Source: Thecamonas trahens ATCC 50062 (taxonomy: Eukaryota > Protista > Apusomonadida). From it: a stretch of 64,000 nt of DNA. The position numbers were made by a program, and so were the translations under genes. The notes below the pieces were generated by a model that did no database searches, was not told the origin of the DNA, and worked only from the letters and a program-made list of their open reading frames with translations. Every line of letters starts with the position of its first letter. Within the stretch, counting starts at the first letter, position 1. Location: assembly GCF_000142905.1 (NCBI RefSeq), contig NW_013657625.1:97690-161689 (forward strand), read 5' to 3'. Shown in pieces: positions 12,809-23,986 of this stretch.

Positions 12809-13125
12809 GTGAGGTGCGAGTCGAAGCCGAGGCGAGGCTCAGTGAAGTGGGCCGGGGAAAGGGTTTCGGTCGCTCGAAAGAAATGAGTTCGGGGGGATTG
12901 GGCCTAAGGCTGCAGTAGAGGTGGAGAGGTTGGGAAAGGGGGAGGGAGGGGGAGGGGGGTATGAGTGTAACAGACGGTAGGTATATTTGATCGAATCGAA
13001 AAGTGTGGTAGCAGATGTGTTACATATTGATGGCTCTGTGCAGTGAGTATGGTGGAGATCGTGGTGGAAGGGGGTGCTACTGCTGGTGGCTTGTCCTTGC
13101 CACGTCGGACCGGTGTGCGAGGGCG

Positions 13126-13157
<32 letters not shown>

Positions 13158-13430
13158 AGTTACGACGTGTATATCAAAAGCTAGTCAATGGTGATCAAGC
13201 CCAAAGTGTGGTAGGTGGTGTATCACGCACTAAAAGCTATGTATGGCGAGTATGGTAGACATCGCGTTATGTATGGTGTCGTTGGCGGCCTTCCCGCACC
13301 ACGTAGGACCAGGCATCGGTGGACGGTTGTCGAGTGCGGGCGACCCTTCGCCAGCGACCGAGTCGAGGCTGTATAGGCGGGAGACAAGCGAAGCAAAGAT
13401 GAGGGATCACCTGACTACGTTCCACGCGGT

Positions 13431-13642
13431 ATGGCGCGTACGACAGTTGTGTTTGCGGTTGTCTGCGGGCTTGCCCTCCTACTCTGTGGCCTTCTCCCTG
13501 CCACCTCTGCTCACTCGGCCGACGACGAGTTTGACGACGACCTGACCGAGGTCGATTCTGATGTGGTCATTCTGGGCGATGACAACTTTGATGCCCGTGT
13601 CATGGACGGTTCCTGGCTTGTCAAGTTGTACGCTATGTCGAC

Positions 13643-13679
<37 letters not shown>

Positions 13680-15078
13680 AGGTGGGGGGGGGGGGGGAGA
13701 GGGGGTGTATCCTTGTTGGGCACTGTGCTTTTTCTGGAGGAAATGATGAGCAGGTATATGATGAGCAGGTTGATGAACAGGCTGATACACTCACGATGAG
13801 GCAACGTGATGCTGCTGCTGCTGCTGTTGTTGTTGTTGCTACTGCTTCTTCTGCTGCTGTGGTTTTGACTATGACGATGTTCGTCGTGGCTGCGTTCGAC
13901 ATGACACACATGGTTCTCCCGTTGTCCACTGGTCCTCTGCTCCACTGGTGCTTGCTGCTCACGCACACTATAGCTATGCCCCGTGGTGTGGCCACTGCAA
14001 GGCTATCGCTCCTGTGTGGAAGGAGACGGCCTCCCATCTCCTCGGCGTGACGTCGATGGGCAAGGTCGACTGCACCGTGCACTCGTCCATCTGCTCCCGC
14101 TACGGCGTTCGCGGCTATCCGACGCTCAAGTACTTCAAGGATGGTGTGCCGCGCGACTACCGCGGCGGCCGCTCGGTCGAGGCCCTTGTCGCCTACGCCG
14201 AGCGCATGGCTGGCCCACCTGTCGCTATCCTCGATGACGATGCCTCCGAGAAGGACTTTCTGAGCAAGGACGGCACCAAGTTTGTGGCCTACACTGCTGA
14301 CGACGACGCTGACCTTGCCGACGCGTTTGAGGACGTCGCCGAGCGCTTTGTCGAGCATGCATTCTTTGGCCTCACCTCTGACCCGGCCATCGCCACCAAC
14401 GTCTTCCTCAGCGACAAGTCCTCCGGCATCGTCGCCATCAAGTCGGACGAGACCGTTGTGTACGAGGGCGCCCTCGACAACGTCGACGCCATCCGCACCT
14501 TTGTTGACATTCACCGCTACCCGCTCCTTGCCGAGCTCACCGCCGCCAACGCTGCCGACTACACCGGCTCGTCCAAGATGATTGCCCTCACCATCGTCAA
14601 CGGCCGCCGCAAGAAGAAGACCTCCAAGTACCTCGAGGTCGTCGCAAAGATCGCCCAGGACAAGCGCGGCGACTTCCTCTTTGCCTACATCGACGGCACA
14701 CGCTGGTCCAAGTTTGCCGAGGACATGGGCGTAGCCGAGAAGGACATGCCGCGCACCGTCGTCTGGCACCCGTCCGAGTCGATCCACTACCACGATGTTA
14801 ACGTGACCAAGGCCTCGGCCGTCGCCGACTTTCTCGACCGCGTCGTCGCCGGCGAGGTCGAGGCCCAGGGTGCCGGCGCCGGCCTTGTCTCGCTCCTTCA
14901 GCGCTTTGCCTCTACCGCCATGGACGCCGTCGGACCCGTTGGCGTCGCTGTTGGCACCTTTGTCGCCATGGCTCTTTGCGGCCTCTGCGTCTGGGCCGTC
15001 TTCTCCGATGACGACGCCTTGCCCGACGCCGCCCCGCCGTCGACCCTCCCGCCGTCGACCAAGCCGAAGAACGAGTAA
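13431..15078 (+). CDS. TMX3: TMX3-like transmembrane protein disulfide isomerase; exons 13431-13627 and 13974-15078
   Basis: Signal peptide. Splicing gtacgc...tatag gives WLVKFYAPWCGHCK; VRGYPTLKYF; two non-catalytic Trx-like domains; TM helix; KPKNE dilysine-type ER retrieval end. Spliced length is 1302 nt (3n). Confidence 0.85.
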
Positions 15079-15084
15079 ATGAGT

Positions 15085-18000
15085 TTATCCTCTCGTCGCA
15101 GGCTTTGGCTTGGGTGCGGGCTTGGGCACGGGCTTGGGCGCAAGCTTGGGCACCGGCAGTGGCTTCTTCTTAGTTGTTGCCGCAGGCGGCGGCGGCGGCA
15201 GCGGCTTGTCCGGAATCGTCGCCGTTGTCTTGCGCGGCTTCGGCAACGGCTTGAGCACGGGCTTGGACTTGGCCTCTACAAGCATGGCCGGCGTCGGCGC
15301 TGCGTGAGTGGGCCGCTTTGCCTTGGGCTTGCTGGCGCCGCCGCTCGCAGCTGCGATCTCGGCCACGTACGTCATCGGGAAGATGCCTTCGGCCAACGAG
15401 CCCACCACATGCCCGAGGCCCCAGCCGTCGTCGTATGATTCTTGCACGACGAGCTTGTCGCCTGCGCAGAACGTGAGCTCATCGTCCTGCCGCCCGTTAA
15501 AGTCGTACAACGCCCGGTACCGCCTGCTGGTAGTGCCACCACGCCCGATGGTCACTAGCGGCGCATCATTGACCATCGGGAGAGGAGACGTGGCTGACGC
15601 CGATGCCATCGGCTTCCCCACCGCAAACCCGGCCATGTCGGTCAGCTCATCGTCAGTGGTCCCCAACCGCGATGTCGTCGACCATGCCCGGATGTTCTGC
15701 TCGTGCGCTCGCGCGCGGATCACAAGCACGACCACGACCACGACCACAATGCAGAGCAGGAGGCCGCCGGCAAGTGCGGCCCAAATCCAGGCTTTGCCTG
15801 CGGTCGCTGCAATCACCGAGGGCGACGGTGCCGCGGCGCCAGTCCCTGGCTCTGCCGCCGTAATCTGGAACCGCGCTCCGGTTACGCCGTCGGCGCGGAA
15901 GACCGAGACAAAGAGCAACCCCGATCGCGTCGAGTTGACTACAAACGAGTGTGTCTCCAGCTCGGCTCGCTCAGAGGTGTACTCGTGAATGACAAGGCCT
16001 GATGCCCGGTTAGGAATCTCAGAGAACGAGCCGTAGAGGTACACGCCCGACGCCGCCCGGGTCCCGGCCGTAGCGCTCGACGCCGAGGTCACACTGATCA
16101 CCACATCGACACCGCCCGGGAGAAGCACTGTGAATGCTCGTCCCTCCCGCTCCGAGTTGACGACACTTTCCAGCGGAAAGCCGAGCGAGAGTGGGTCCGG
16201 CCCGATCGAACACGTGGGCTCCGAGTCCCACCCAAACATGCACTCGCAGGCCGAGTGGCAGCAAATCCCGTGTAGCCCACAGCCTGCCGGGCACGAGTTC
16301 TCGCCGCGGCACACGCCGTCGACGCCAGAGCACACGTCATTGATTGTGCAGTCTTGCTGGTCGTCGCAGCTCGTGCCCGCAGGCGCCGGATCGTTGTGGC
16401 ACACCTCGTCACTGCCACAGGTGTCGATCGTGCAAGCGCGTCCGTCGTCACACTGCGCGTCAGTGAGGCAGCAGAACGGTTGCGTGATACAGCTACCGGC
16501 GCCGTTGCACATCCCATTGCACGATGCTGTCGCGCATGGCGTCGATGATGACTCAAATTGGCACGTCGCCGAGCAACAGTCGCCGTTGACCGTGTTGCCG
16601 TCATCACACTGCTCGCCTGGCTCGACCACGCCGTCGCCGCAGGTGAAAACGCACCCGGCCGGATTGCTTCCCACGCACGAGTTCGGCCCGGTGCCATCGC
16701 AGGTGTCGCTTGTGCCATCACAGGCTGCGCCGTTGTTACAAGGCGTTCCACTTGGGAGGAAGGTGTCAGGGGGACAGTCGTCAGAGCTCGACGAACAGAC
16801 CTCTGGCTGATCGCAAAGGCTTCCCGCAGCTGGGCGGCAGATCTCACCGGCACGCCGTGCGTTGGCGGGGCAGAGCGGCGACGAACCGGTGCACGACTCG
16901 GCCACGTCGCAAACGCCTGCGGCAAATCGGCACACCGTGGCCGAGCTGACAAAGTTGTCGGCCGGGCAGCTCGCCGACGTACCGGTGCAGGTCTCGGCGA
17001 CGTCGCACACACCCGCCACTTCCCGGCACACTATGCCAGTGGACACCAACACATCGCCCGGGCACGTCGGCGTCGTGCCGTCGCAGGTCTCGGCCACATC
17101 ACACGGACCGGCAGCCGCCCGACACACCGTGCCGAGACTCTCGATCTGGCAACTCGACGAGCAGCAGTCACCCGAGACAAGATTGCCATCGTCGCACTGC
17201 TCACCGACCTCGACCACTCCATTGCCGCATGCACAGATCGACGGGCCAGAGCAGATCCCGGCACCATTACAGGAATCGGGGCTCGAGCACACGTCACCAT
17301 CGTCGCACGACGTACCTGACGCCGCAAAGCTGTTGGCGGGGCAGGGCGCCGATGAGCCCGTGCAGGTCTCGGCCAGGTCACACACGCCCGTGGAGGCGCG
17401 GCAGACGACCGAGGTCGGCTGGAAGCTGTCCGCCGGGCAGCTTGCCGACGAGCCGGTGCAGGTCTCGGCCACATCACACACGCCCGCCGAAGCGCGGCAG
17501 ACGTACACCGTCGACCGGAAGCCGTTGGCCGGGCAGCTTGTGGAAGCGCCGTTGCAGGTCTCGGCCACGTCGCATGGGCCGGTCGATGCGCGGCAGGTCG
17601 TGCCCGCCGTCGCCACAGCGTTGGCCGGGCAGCCAGCCGACGAGCCGGTGCAGGTCTCGGCCACATCGCAAACGCCGACCGCCGACCGGCAGGTGTACGA
17701 CGACGGCCGGAACTGGCAGGTCGAGGTGCAGCAGGCCTGTGATGGCGGATCGCACTGTTCGCCAGCCTCGACGATCGAGTTGCCGCACACCGAGCCGGAG
17801 CCTGAGGCCGGGCCCGAGTACAAGATCTCGTATTCGCCGAGCGAGCCGTAGTCTGTGTATCCGGCTCCAGTTGCGGAGCCCTTGCCGACGCCGTCGACAC
17901 GGAGGTGGTAGGTAGTGCCGGCGACGCCCGAGTAGGTGACGATGGCCTTGACATCGGCCGACGGGTTGACAGTCGAAACGAGCGAAGAGTCGGCATACAG

Positions 18001-19512
18001 CCGGGCCTCGATGTCGAGATTGTAGTAGTTGGTAGAGGTCGGCTGGATGGTAAAGGTCATTGAACCGGAGGCACCCAGCGTGATGGTAAAATAGTCGACA
18101 TCAGCGCGGGTCGAGATGTAGCCCGCACCAGCCGGCGTAGCGCCGTCGGTGAGTGTGGTAGCAAGCGCCAAGGTATCGCCGTGGTCATCGGCGCGGAAGC
18201 CGAAGCCGTTTGAGGAGCCACCAACGATGGCCAGATCGTCCTGCTGCTCGTTGGCGTCGGCGTACTCACCACGAGACCACTGAATGAGGTCCTGGTAGTA
18301 GCCGACACCCATGATCGGGCCCCAGCCGGTGATGCCCGAGCCGTGGCCGGTGTAGTAGCCGACCGACGAGGTGCCATCGTGGGAGAGGCCCATGTTGTGG
18401 CCGACCTCGTGCGAGCCGGCCTCGCCGCACGACTTGGAGCTGCCGCCCGAGAGCCGCTTGGTGAAGACCCACGACGGCTGGAGATTGTTGGAAGGGCGCG
18501 AGAAGACGCCAACGTAGGCAACGCCGCCAGCATTGGGATACCACGCGTCAGTGATGGTGAAGACGCAGCGGACACGGCGTGATTCCGACACAGCGTTGTA
18601 GACCGACTCGATGGTGGTGACAGTGATCTCGAACGGGGCGTAGTCCTCGGCCATGAGCTCCCAAATCTGAGAGATGCGCGTGAGCTCGGTGGTCGAGAAC
18701 GAGTTGGTGTTGGAATCAATGTCGTACGGGCCAGCAACAATGTCGCCCCACGCCGAGCCGGACGCGTCGTGGCCGTCAAAGTCGAGGAAGATGACGTACG
18801 GCGAGCCCGGCTTTGAGTTGTGGCTGGGCGGATTGAGGACCCGAGTCGCAATGGTATCCTGGGCCGGGTCGTAGTCGCTGTCACCGGCCGAAGGAGGAAT
18901 GGCGTCCTGGCGACAGATGTGCTCGTCGATGTGGATGCGCCGAAGTAGAACGTGGCCGTCGCCGGCCTCGGCATTCGTCTCCCATCGGAACGCAGTGTCG
19001 TGATCAAAGAGCGAGACCTCGCCCGAGACGTGCTCGCCAGAGTGGGAGACATGAAGAGTGAACCGCCCGCCAGCGGCAAAGTGCGACGGTGAGCCGGCGA
19101 GCCGGTCCTCGGCAGACAGCGGCGTGTCTGGCGAGTCGACAACCCGACCGATGATCATCAGCTCTGCGCCGTCGTCCGAGTGGCTGACCGAGACCACGCG
19201 GCCGTAGATCGGGCCGAGGTCGGGCACCATGTCCGCCGAGAGCACTTTGAGCACAGGGATCTCGTGGAGAAGCAGATTGGTGTTCCGCAGATGCGGGTGC
19301 AGGTGGGCAGCATGAACAGTGCGCGCCATGCTGGCAGCAAACCGGCCTTGGACCGGATGCTCATGGTGCGGCGAGGAGACATCGTGATGGGTCACAAGCA
19401 CAGCAGAGGAGAACAGCGAGAGCGGAGCAGCTAAGTGATCAGACGAGGCCGATGTCTTCGGGAGCAGGACCAGGGAGATCAGAGCAACCAGAATGAGGAT
19501 CCAACGAGACAT
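15085..19512 (-). CDS. Type I membrane zinc metalloprotease with PPC domain, disintegrin-like/Cys-rich repeats, EGF-like domain, TM, cytoplasmic SH3 and Pro-rich tail
   Basis: Signal MSRWILILVALISLVLL; HEVGHNMGLSH with PIMG Met-turn; 8 x CRxxxGxCDxxExC..CP; CGNGVVEVGEQCDDGN repeats; TM WIWAALAGGLLLCIVVVVVVVLVI; SH3 YRALYDFNGRQDDELTF..DDGWG..GIFPMTYV. Confidence 0.88.
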   Translation of the reverse strand: MSRWILILVALISLVLLPKTSASSDHLAAPLSLFSSAVLVTHHDVSSPHHEHPVQGRFAASMARTVHAAHLHPHLRNTNLLLHEIPVLKVLSADMVPDLGPIYGRVVSVSHSDDGAELMIIGRVVDSPDTPLSAEDRLAGSPSHFAAGGRFTLHVSHSGEHVSGEVSLFDHDTAFRWETNAEAGDGHVLLRRIHIDEHICRQDAIPPSAGDSDYDPAQDTIATRVLNPPSHNSKPGSPYVIFLDFDGHDASGSAWGDIVAGPYDIDSNTNSFSTTELTRISQIWELMAEDYAPFEITVTTIESVYNAVSESRRVRCVFTITDAWYPNAGGVAYVGVFSRPSNNLQPSWVFTKRLSGGSSKSCGEAGSHEVGHNMGLSHDGTSSVGYYTGHGSGITGWGPIMGVGYYQDLIQWSRGEYADANEQQDDLAIVGGSSNGFGFRADDHGDTLALATTLTDGATPAGAGYISTRADVDYFTITLGASGSMTFTIQPTSTNYYNLDIEARLYADSSLVSTVNPSADVKAIVTYSGVAGTTYHLRVDGVGKGSATGAGYTDYGSLGEYEILYSGPASGSGSVCGNSIVEAGEQCDPPSQACCTSTCQFRPSSYTCRSAVGVCDVAETCTGSSAGCPANAVATAGTTCRASTGPCDVAETCNGASTSCPANGFRSTVYVCRASAGVCDVAETCTGSSASCPADSFQPTSVVCRASTGVCDLAETCTGSSAPCPANSFAASGTSCDDGDVCSSPDSCNGAGICSGPSICACGNGVVEVGEQCDDGNLVSGDCCSSSCQIESLGTVCRAAAGPCDVAETCDGTTPTCPGDVLVSTGIVCREVAGVCDVAETCTGTSASCPADNFVSSATVCRFAAGVCDVAESCTGSSPLCPANARRAGEICRPAAGSLCDQPEVCSSSSDDCPPDTFLPSGTPCNNGAACDGTSDTCDGTGPNSCVGSNPAGCVFTCGDGVVEPGEQCDDGNTVNGDCCSATCQFESSSTPCATASCNGMCNGAGSCITQPFCCLTDAQCDDGRACTIDTCGSDEVCHNDPAPAGTSCDDQQDCTINDVCSGVDGVCRGENSCPAGCGLHGICCHSACECMFGWDSEPTCSIGPDPLSLGFPLESVVNSEREGRAFTVLLPGGVDVVISVTSASSATAGTRAASGVYLYGSFSEIPNRASGLVIHEYTSERAELETHSFVVNSTRSGLLFVSVFRADGVTGARFQITAAEPGTGAAAPSPSVIAATAGKAWIWAALAGGLLLCIVVVVVVVLVIRARAHEQNIRAWSTTSRLGTTDDELTDMAGFAVGKPMASASATSPLPMVNDAPLVTIGRGGTTSRRYRALYDFNGRQDDELTFCAGDKLVVQESYDDGWGLGHVVGSLAEGIFPMTYVAEIAAASGGASKPKAKRPTHAAPTPAMLVEAKSKPVLKPLPKPRKTTATIPDKPLPPPPPAATTKKKPLPVPKLAPKPVPKPAPKPKPATRG

Positions 19513-20433
19513 AATGGTTAACCTGTGGCATTGCATGTTAAAGGTGGAGGCAATGGATGGCGATGATGATGATGGTTGCTGGTGGTGGAGGCGGCAGCGG
19601 TGGTGGAGCTGTGAGTGCGGGTAGGGGGGGGGGGCAAGAAGCATATTGGCCTATTTGGGCAACAGGCGCACGGATGATGGACACCGGTGGACGGCAGGAT
19701 GGGGGTTAGGGAGAGCAACTACATACTCTGGTATATATCCCCTCCCTCTAGAGTGTGATTGTGCCTGTCTTGCAATGTCCAATGTGTGGACAGGAAAGGA
19801 GTGAGTGGAATGTCTCCTGCTCTCCTGCTATGTGTCGTGGTCGTGCTTGTCGCTTATGTGGCATTGTCGAACACTCTCGGTTGACGGCCGAGCGGCTCGA
19901 CGGCTTGAGATTTCCTCGCATTTACTGTGCCGGCCATCTTTGCCAGCACATCGTGCCAATTGGCACGGGCCTCACGTGTACATGAGCGCCTGTCGCTAGC
20001 TCGCGTACACGCGATATCAAGGTGAGAATTGGGCGTCGAACTGTTCCGCGCACTGCTGACTGTGGCTCGCGACATGGTGAGCAACAATGGTCAACACATC
20101 TGCTTCTACTGTCAACACCATCACTACTTTATCTTATCGCCACGATGCTGTGGTATCGCCATCGCCATGGCCATGGCCATGGCCATCATCGCCATTGTCA
20201 TCGCCATCCCTACCACCACTACCGTTGTGGCACCACCACCACCGCCACCACCACCACCACCATCACCATCATCGCCATCATCATCATCATTGCCAGCACT
20301 ACCTTATCATGCCCACTGCCAGCAATGGCTGTTGCGGTGCGGAACACGGCGCGCGCGCGCTGCCGAGCCAAGTCGTTGACAACCTTCATGGGCAGAGTGA
20401 CCACCCACCACCGACACACGTCTCTTCACGGTC

Positions 20434-23351
20434 ATGGAGTGGGAGACGTTAGAGCGACTGGAGCCCCCGCGGCCGAGAGTGTTCGAGTACACCGAGGTGT
20501 TGCCACAGCTGCAGCAGGAGGCCAAGGGCGAGTGCGTCCGCTGTGTGCGGCGGGAGCAGGTGGCCGACGCTCGCCAGACGGAAGACTGCTCCGCGGACGA
20601 TGTGGCCGGGAGGGTTCAGGCTGTGCTGGCATCTGGTGGCGCGGCAAGCTCGGAGAGCTACCGCTGGGAACTGGCGTTTCGGACTGCAGTGACTGAGGTT
20701 AGCGAGAGCAGGCCACACATCAAGCGAGCTGAGGGCGCGTTTGCACTGCTGGATCAGCTCGCCAGGGAACTCCGCCCGGCGCTGGCTAACGCGCTCAAGG
20801 CCATCAAGGACGAGCTGGAGGCCTCGGTCTACTCGGACGACTTTACCTCGACTGGCATTCGCCCGTACTACACTAAGATCCCGTACTTTGGCTTGTGTAA
20901 GCGTATGAACGTGGAGCGACTCTCGCATGAGCTTGTTCTTCACAGTGAGCGCGATGAGCTCGAGTCTGCGTTGCTGCGCAAGAGCGATGAAGTCGAAGAG
21001 CTGCGTCAACTGTTTTTGGCGACCAAACGCGAACTCGGCGATGTTCGCTCGAGGTTGGAGGCAGCCGAGGGCGAGCTGGACAAGGCCCAGGCTAAGCTGG
21101 GCATCGCCCACGACGATCTGGACGACGCCCGTAACGCGCTGGCTGTACTCCGTGGAGAGTACGAGGATGCACTTGAGATACTGCGAGACGAGCTGCGGGC
21201 GGAGAGAAGTCGGGCAGCGCAGCTGCGTGGGTATAAGCAGCTGCTGGAAGACTTTGGCGTTGCGTCTTCGCTTACCGTATCCAAAGACGCCGAGCTACCT
21301 GCACCTGTGGCGGTGCAGTTGGCTCCTCCACCTCCGCTTCCGACTCGGTTTGTGCCAGAAAGACTAGCGAGCGAGAACGGGTCGGACGACGAGATTATTC
21401 CCAACCTTAACGCCGGTGAGCTGTCGCCAGAGACCATGTCCGAAGTCACACGGCAAGCCAAGATCAAGGAGCAGCTGGCGGCTCTGACCGGTATTTCCAG
21501 CGAGAGCTACGGGACGCGCAACCAGGCCAAGTTCAACCGGTGGTCGCTGTTGATGGCTCAGGCCGACCAAGCCAAACGGCTGCTCAAGCAACTCTCAGTC
21601 CTTCGCATGGCGCAGCTGGCCGAGTACGAGGCAGCGACAGGCCAACTCGATGCGCAGCTGGCTGGCGCGGGCGTCGCGTCGAGGAATATCGACTACCACG
21701 GGCCGAGCCACGACGAGCTGGTTGCAGCCAAGGCCGCGCGATACTCGACGTTTGTTCGCGAGATGGCTGCACTGGAGACGGAGATCAAGCAACTGGAGAG
21801 CCACCTGGAACACCTGGATCTCGCAATGGCCCGCAATCCACTCGCAATTGCCGCAAAGGCGGCTCGTCATTGGCGCAAGTGGGCTCGTGTGCGCGCGACC
21901 GAGCGATCCAGCCTTGGCTCGGACCCCTCGCTCAACACCTCGTATGGCGAGAGCCGGAGCTTGTCGCGGCGAAATGTGTCGGTACGGCAGAGCTCGGATG
22001 GCTCGGGCGACGACCGCCTGTCACACGTCCGCGAGGCAGAGCGGGGAGGAGCGTATCCATCACGGTATGCCATCGCCGGTTTTGTTCAACTGACCGCGGC
22101 GCGAGCTGGACGCCACTTGCGTCGACTCGTAGCTGCGAGTTCTGCGGCGGGGCTGTTGTCCTAGTCTGTCCACATCGCCTCTTCCAGCCGTCCACCTTGG
22201 TGCTGCCGCCAAATGCGACTCACATCAAGTTGTCACGACCAGAGCTCCGAATGGCACGGCGCGGGCTTGGACTGAGCCGCGATCACAAGCCCGACATGGA
22301 GAAGCTGGTCAAGACGTCGCGGCATAGCGAGCTCTGGCGCGGGCTTGCGGCACGGTCGCTCTCGCCGCCGACTCATGCGCGTCCGTACACGTTGGAGGGC
22401 CTACTGAGGGTTATTCACGATGTGCGGAGGCACCACACGGCCGAGGTGCCGGGCATGTACGTGGTCAACGACGAGACCGGCGATTGGATGCTGCAGCTAC
22501 CGTCACGGTCGCATGCAACGAGCTCGGGCCTTGTTGACGGAGCATACACGCTACAAGACGAGTTCTTTGACGTACTCCAGGCGGCCTACGGGCTTGACGA
22601 CGTTGTTGCCTTTGTGGCGTTCTCAGTTGTCAGCGCTGTGGACGCCATGTGGGAGGCTGAGGCCGAGATCGGGTTCTTTGGGCGGGCGCTGACTGCTGAG
22701 CTCCCCCTCGCAGCCTGGTCGCACGCCGAGCTTGTCTCACAGCTTGTGGAGCGGGTAGCAGGCACTGTGCCAGCGCTGGGTACATCGGCGGTTGCTGCGG
22801 CGCACTTTCTGTATCCAGACACGCCTGCGACGGCACTGCAGGATGCAACAACGTCATTGCGGATGGCGGGCGTATCGCTCGATGCCGACGGCCTGCGCGC
22901 GTTTGTGCGTAACGAACTAGTTCGTGGCTCCGAGATCCGCTACATGTCCATGCTCGATGCCGTCCGCCGGTATGATCTGCTCAACCATGGTTGGCTGACA
23001 GAGGCCGAGTTTCTCGACTGCATGGAGGTGAGTCTCAAGACCAACACGCTCTCTCGCCTTGGCCGGGTCTACTTTGCATCGGCACTGGCGAGCCAGAAGA
23101 CAGTTTCGGCGGAAAGTGGCGATGGCGCAGTCGCGGGAGCGACCGCAGGTGGCGAGACACTCCGTCTCCCAAACCCACAGGCCGCCCACATCCTAGGCTA
23201 CCTCTCGCTTGTGGCAGCGGCGCGCCAAGGCAAGTTTGACGCCGAGACCGCTGTGGCCCGTCTCCGGCCGATCAGTCTCCCTTCTGCCAACGCCAGCGAG
23301 GACAAGGCCGAGGTCGAGAGTCGCAAGTCGAGCGATGACGAGAGTACATGA
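20434..23351 (+). CDS. Coiled-coil protein with a Cys-rich motif and C-terminal EF-hand-like motif (possibly TSNAXIP1-like); 1-nt frameshift at ~22080
   Basis: ORFs 20434-22164 and 21540-23351 join if TTTT 22080-22083 gains a T (YAIAG-FCSTDRGASWTPL..SCEFCG..VCPH). EF-hand-like YDLLNHGWLTEAEF. Family assignment is weak. Confidence 0.6.
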
Positions 23352-23986
23352 GATATCTGCTTGCGTGGTGGTGGTGGTGGTGGGTGGGGGGGGGGGGGGT
23401 GCGGGAGTGCGGAAGGATCATAATTTTTAGTCAACGCTCATTCCCGGAAAGGAGAACGCGTGCGGTGGAGCCAAATGTCAGCACCCGCACCCGCGACAGC
23501 GGCTCGTTACGGCCCCGGTGCAGCCGACGGGCAACACCTCGCTCGAGGACTCATAGGACAGGCATCTGACGGCCTCGTGTGCACCACCACCACCAAAAGT
23601 ACAACTGCTCATTTGTGAGGGGAGGGGAGTTAATAACTTTCTGCCTCGAGCAAAGCGGCAGCAGAGTCACCAGCCGAGGCGTGTGTGGCAGAGAACCGGC
23701 GCGCGTGGGGGGCGGTGGTTGTTGTAGCTCACTTTGGACCTTTGCCTGCAAAGGAGAGTGGCACAGCGTTGTTAGCTGGTATTGGAGTGTCCAGGTCAAA
23801 CCGGAGCGGAGAGGAGTTCTTCAGAAGGGAAGGGAAGAGAAGGGCAAGAGGCGTACGAGGGGACAACGTGCTACGTAGGTACCCCAAAGGGGCCAAGGGC
23901 AAGGAAGTTCTCATTCGGGTCCTTGAGAGAAGGCAAAGTGTGTGAGGTTATTAGGAAGGGGACTTTTGCAACACCTTGTGGTCGTC

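Noticed and set aside
20022-20452. His/Thr/Pro-rich ORFs upstream of 20434
   Set aside because: Produced by cac/cat/atggcc low-complexity repeats in all frames; no coding evidence.
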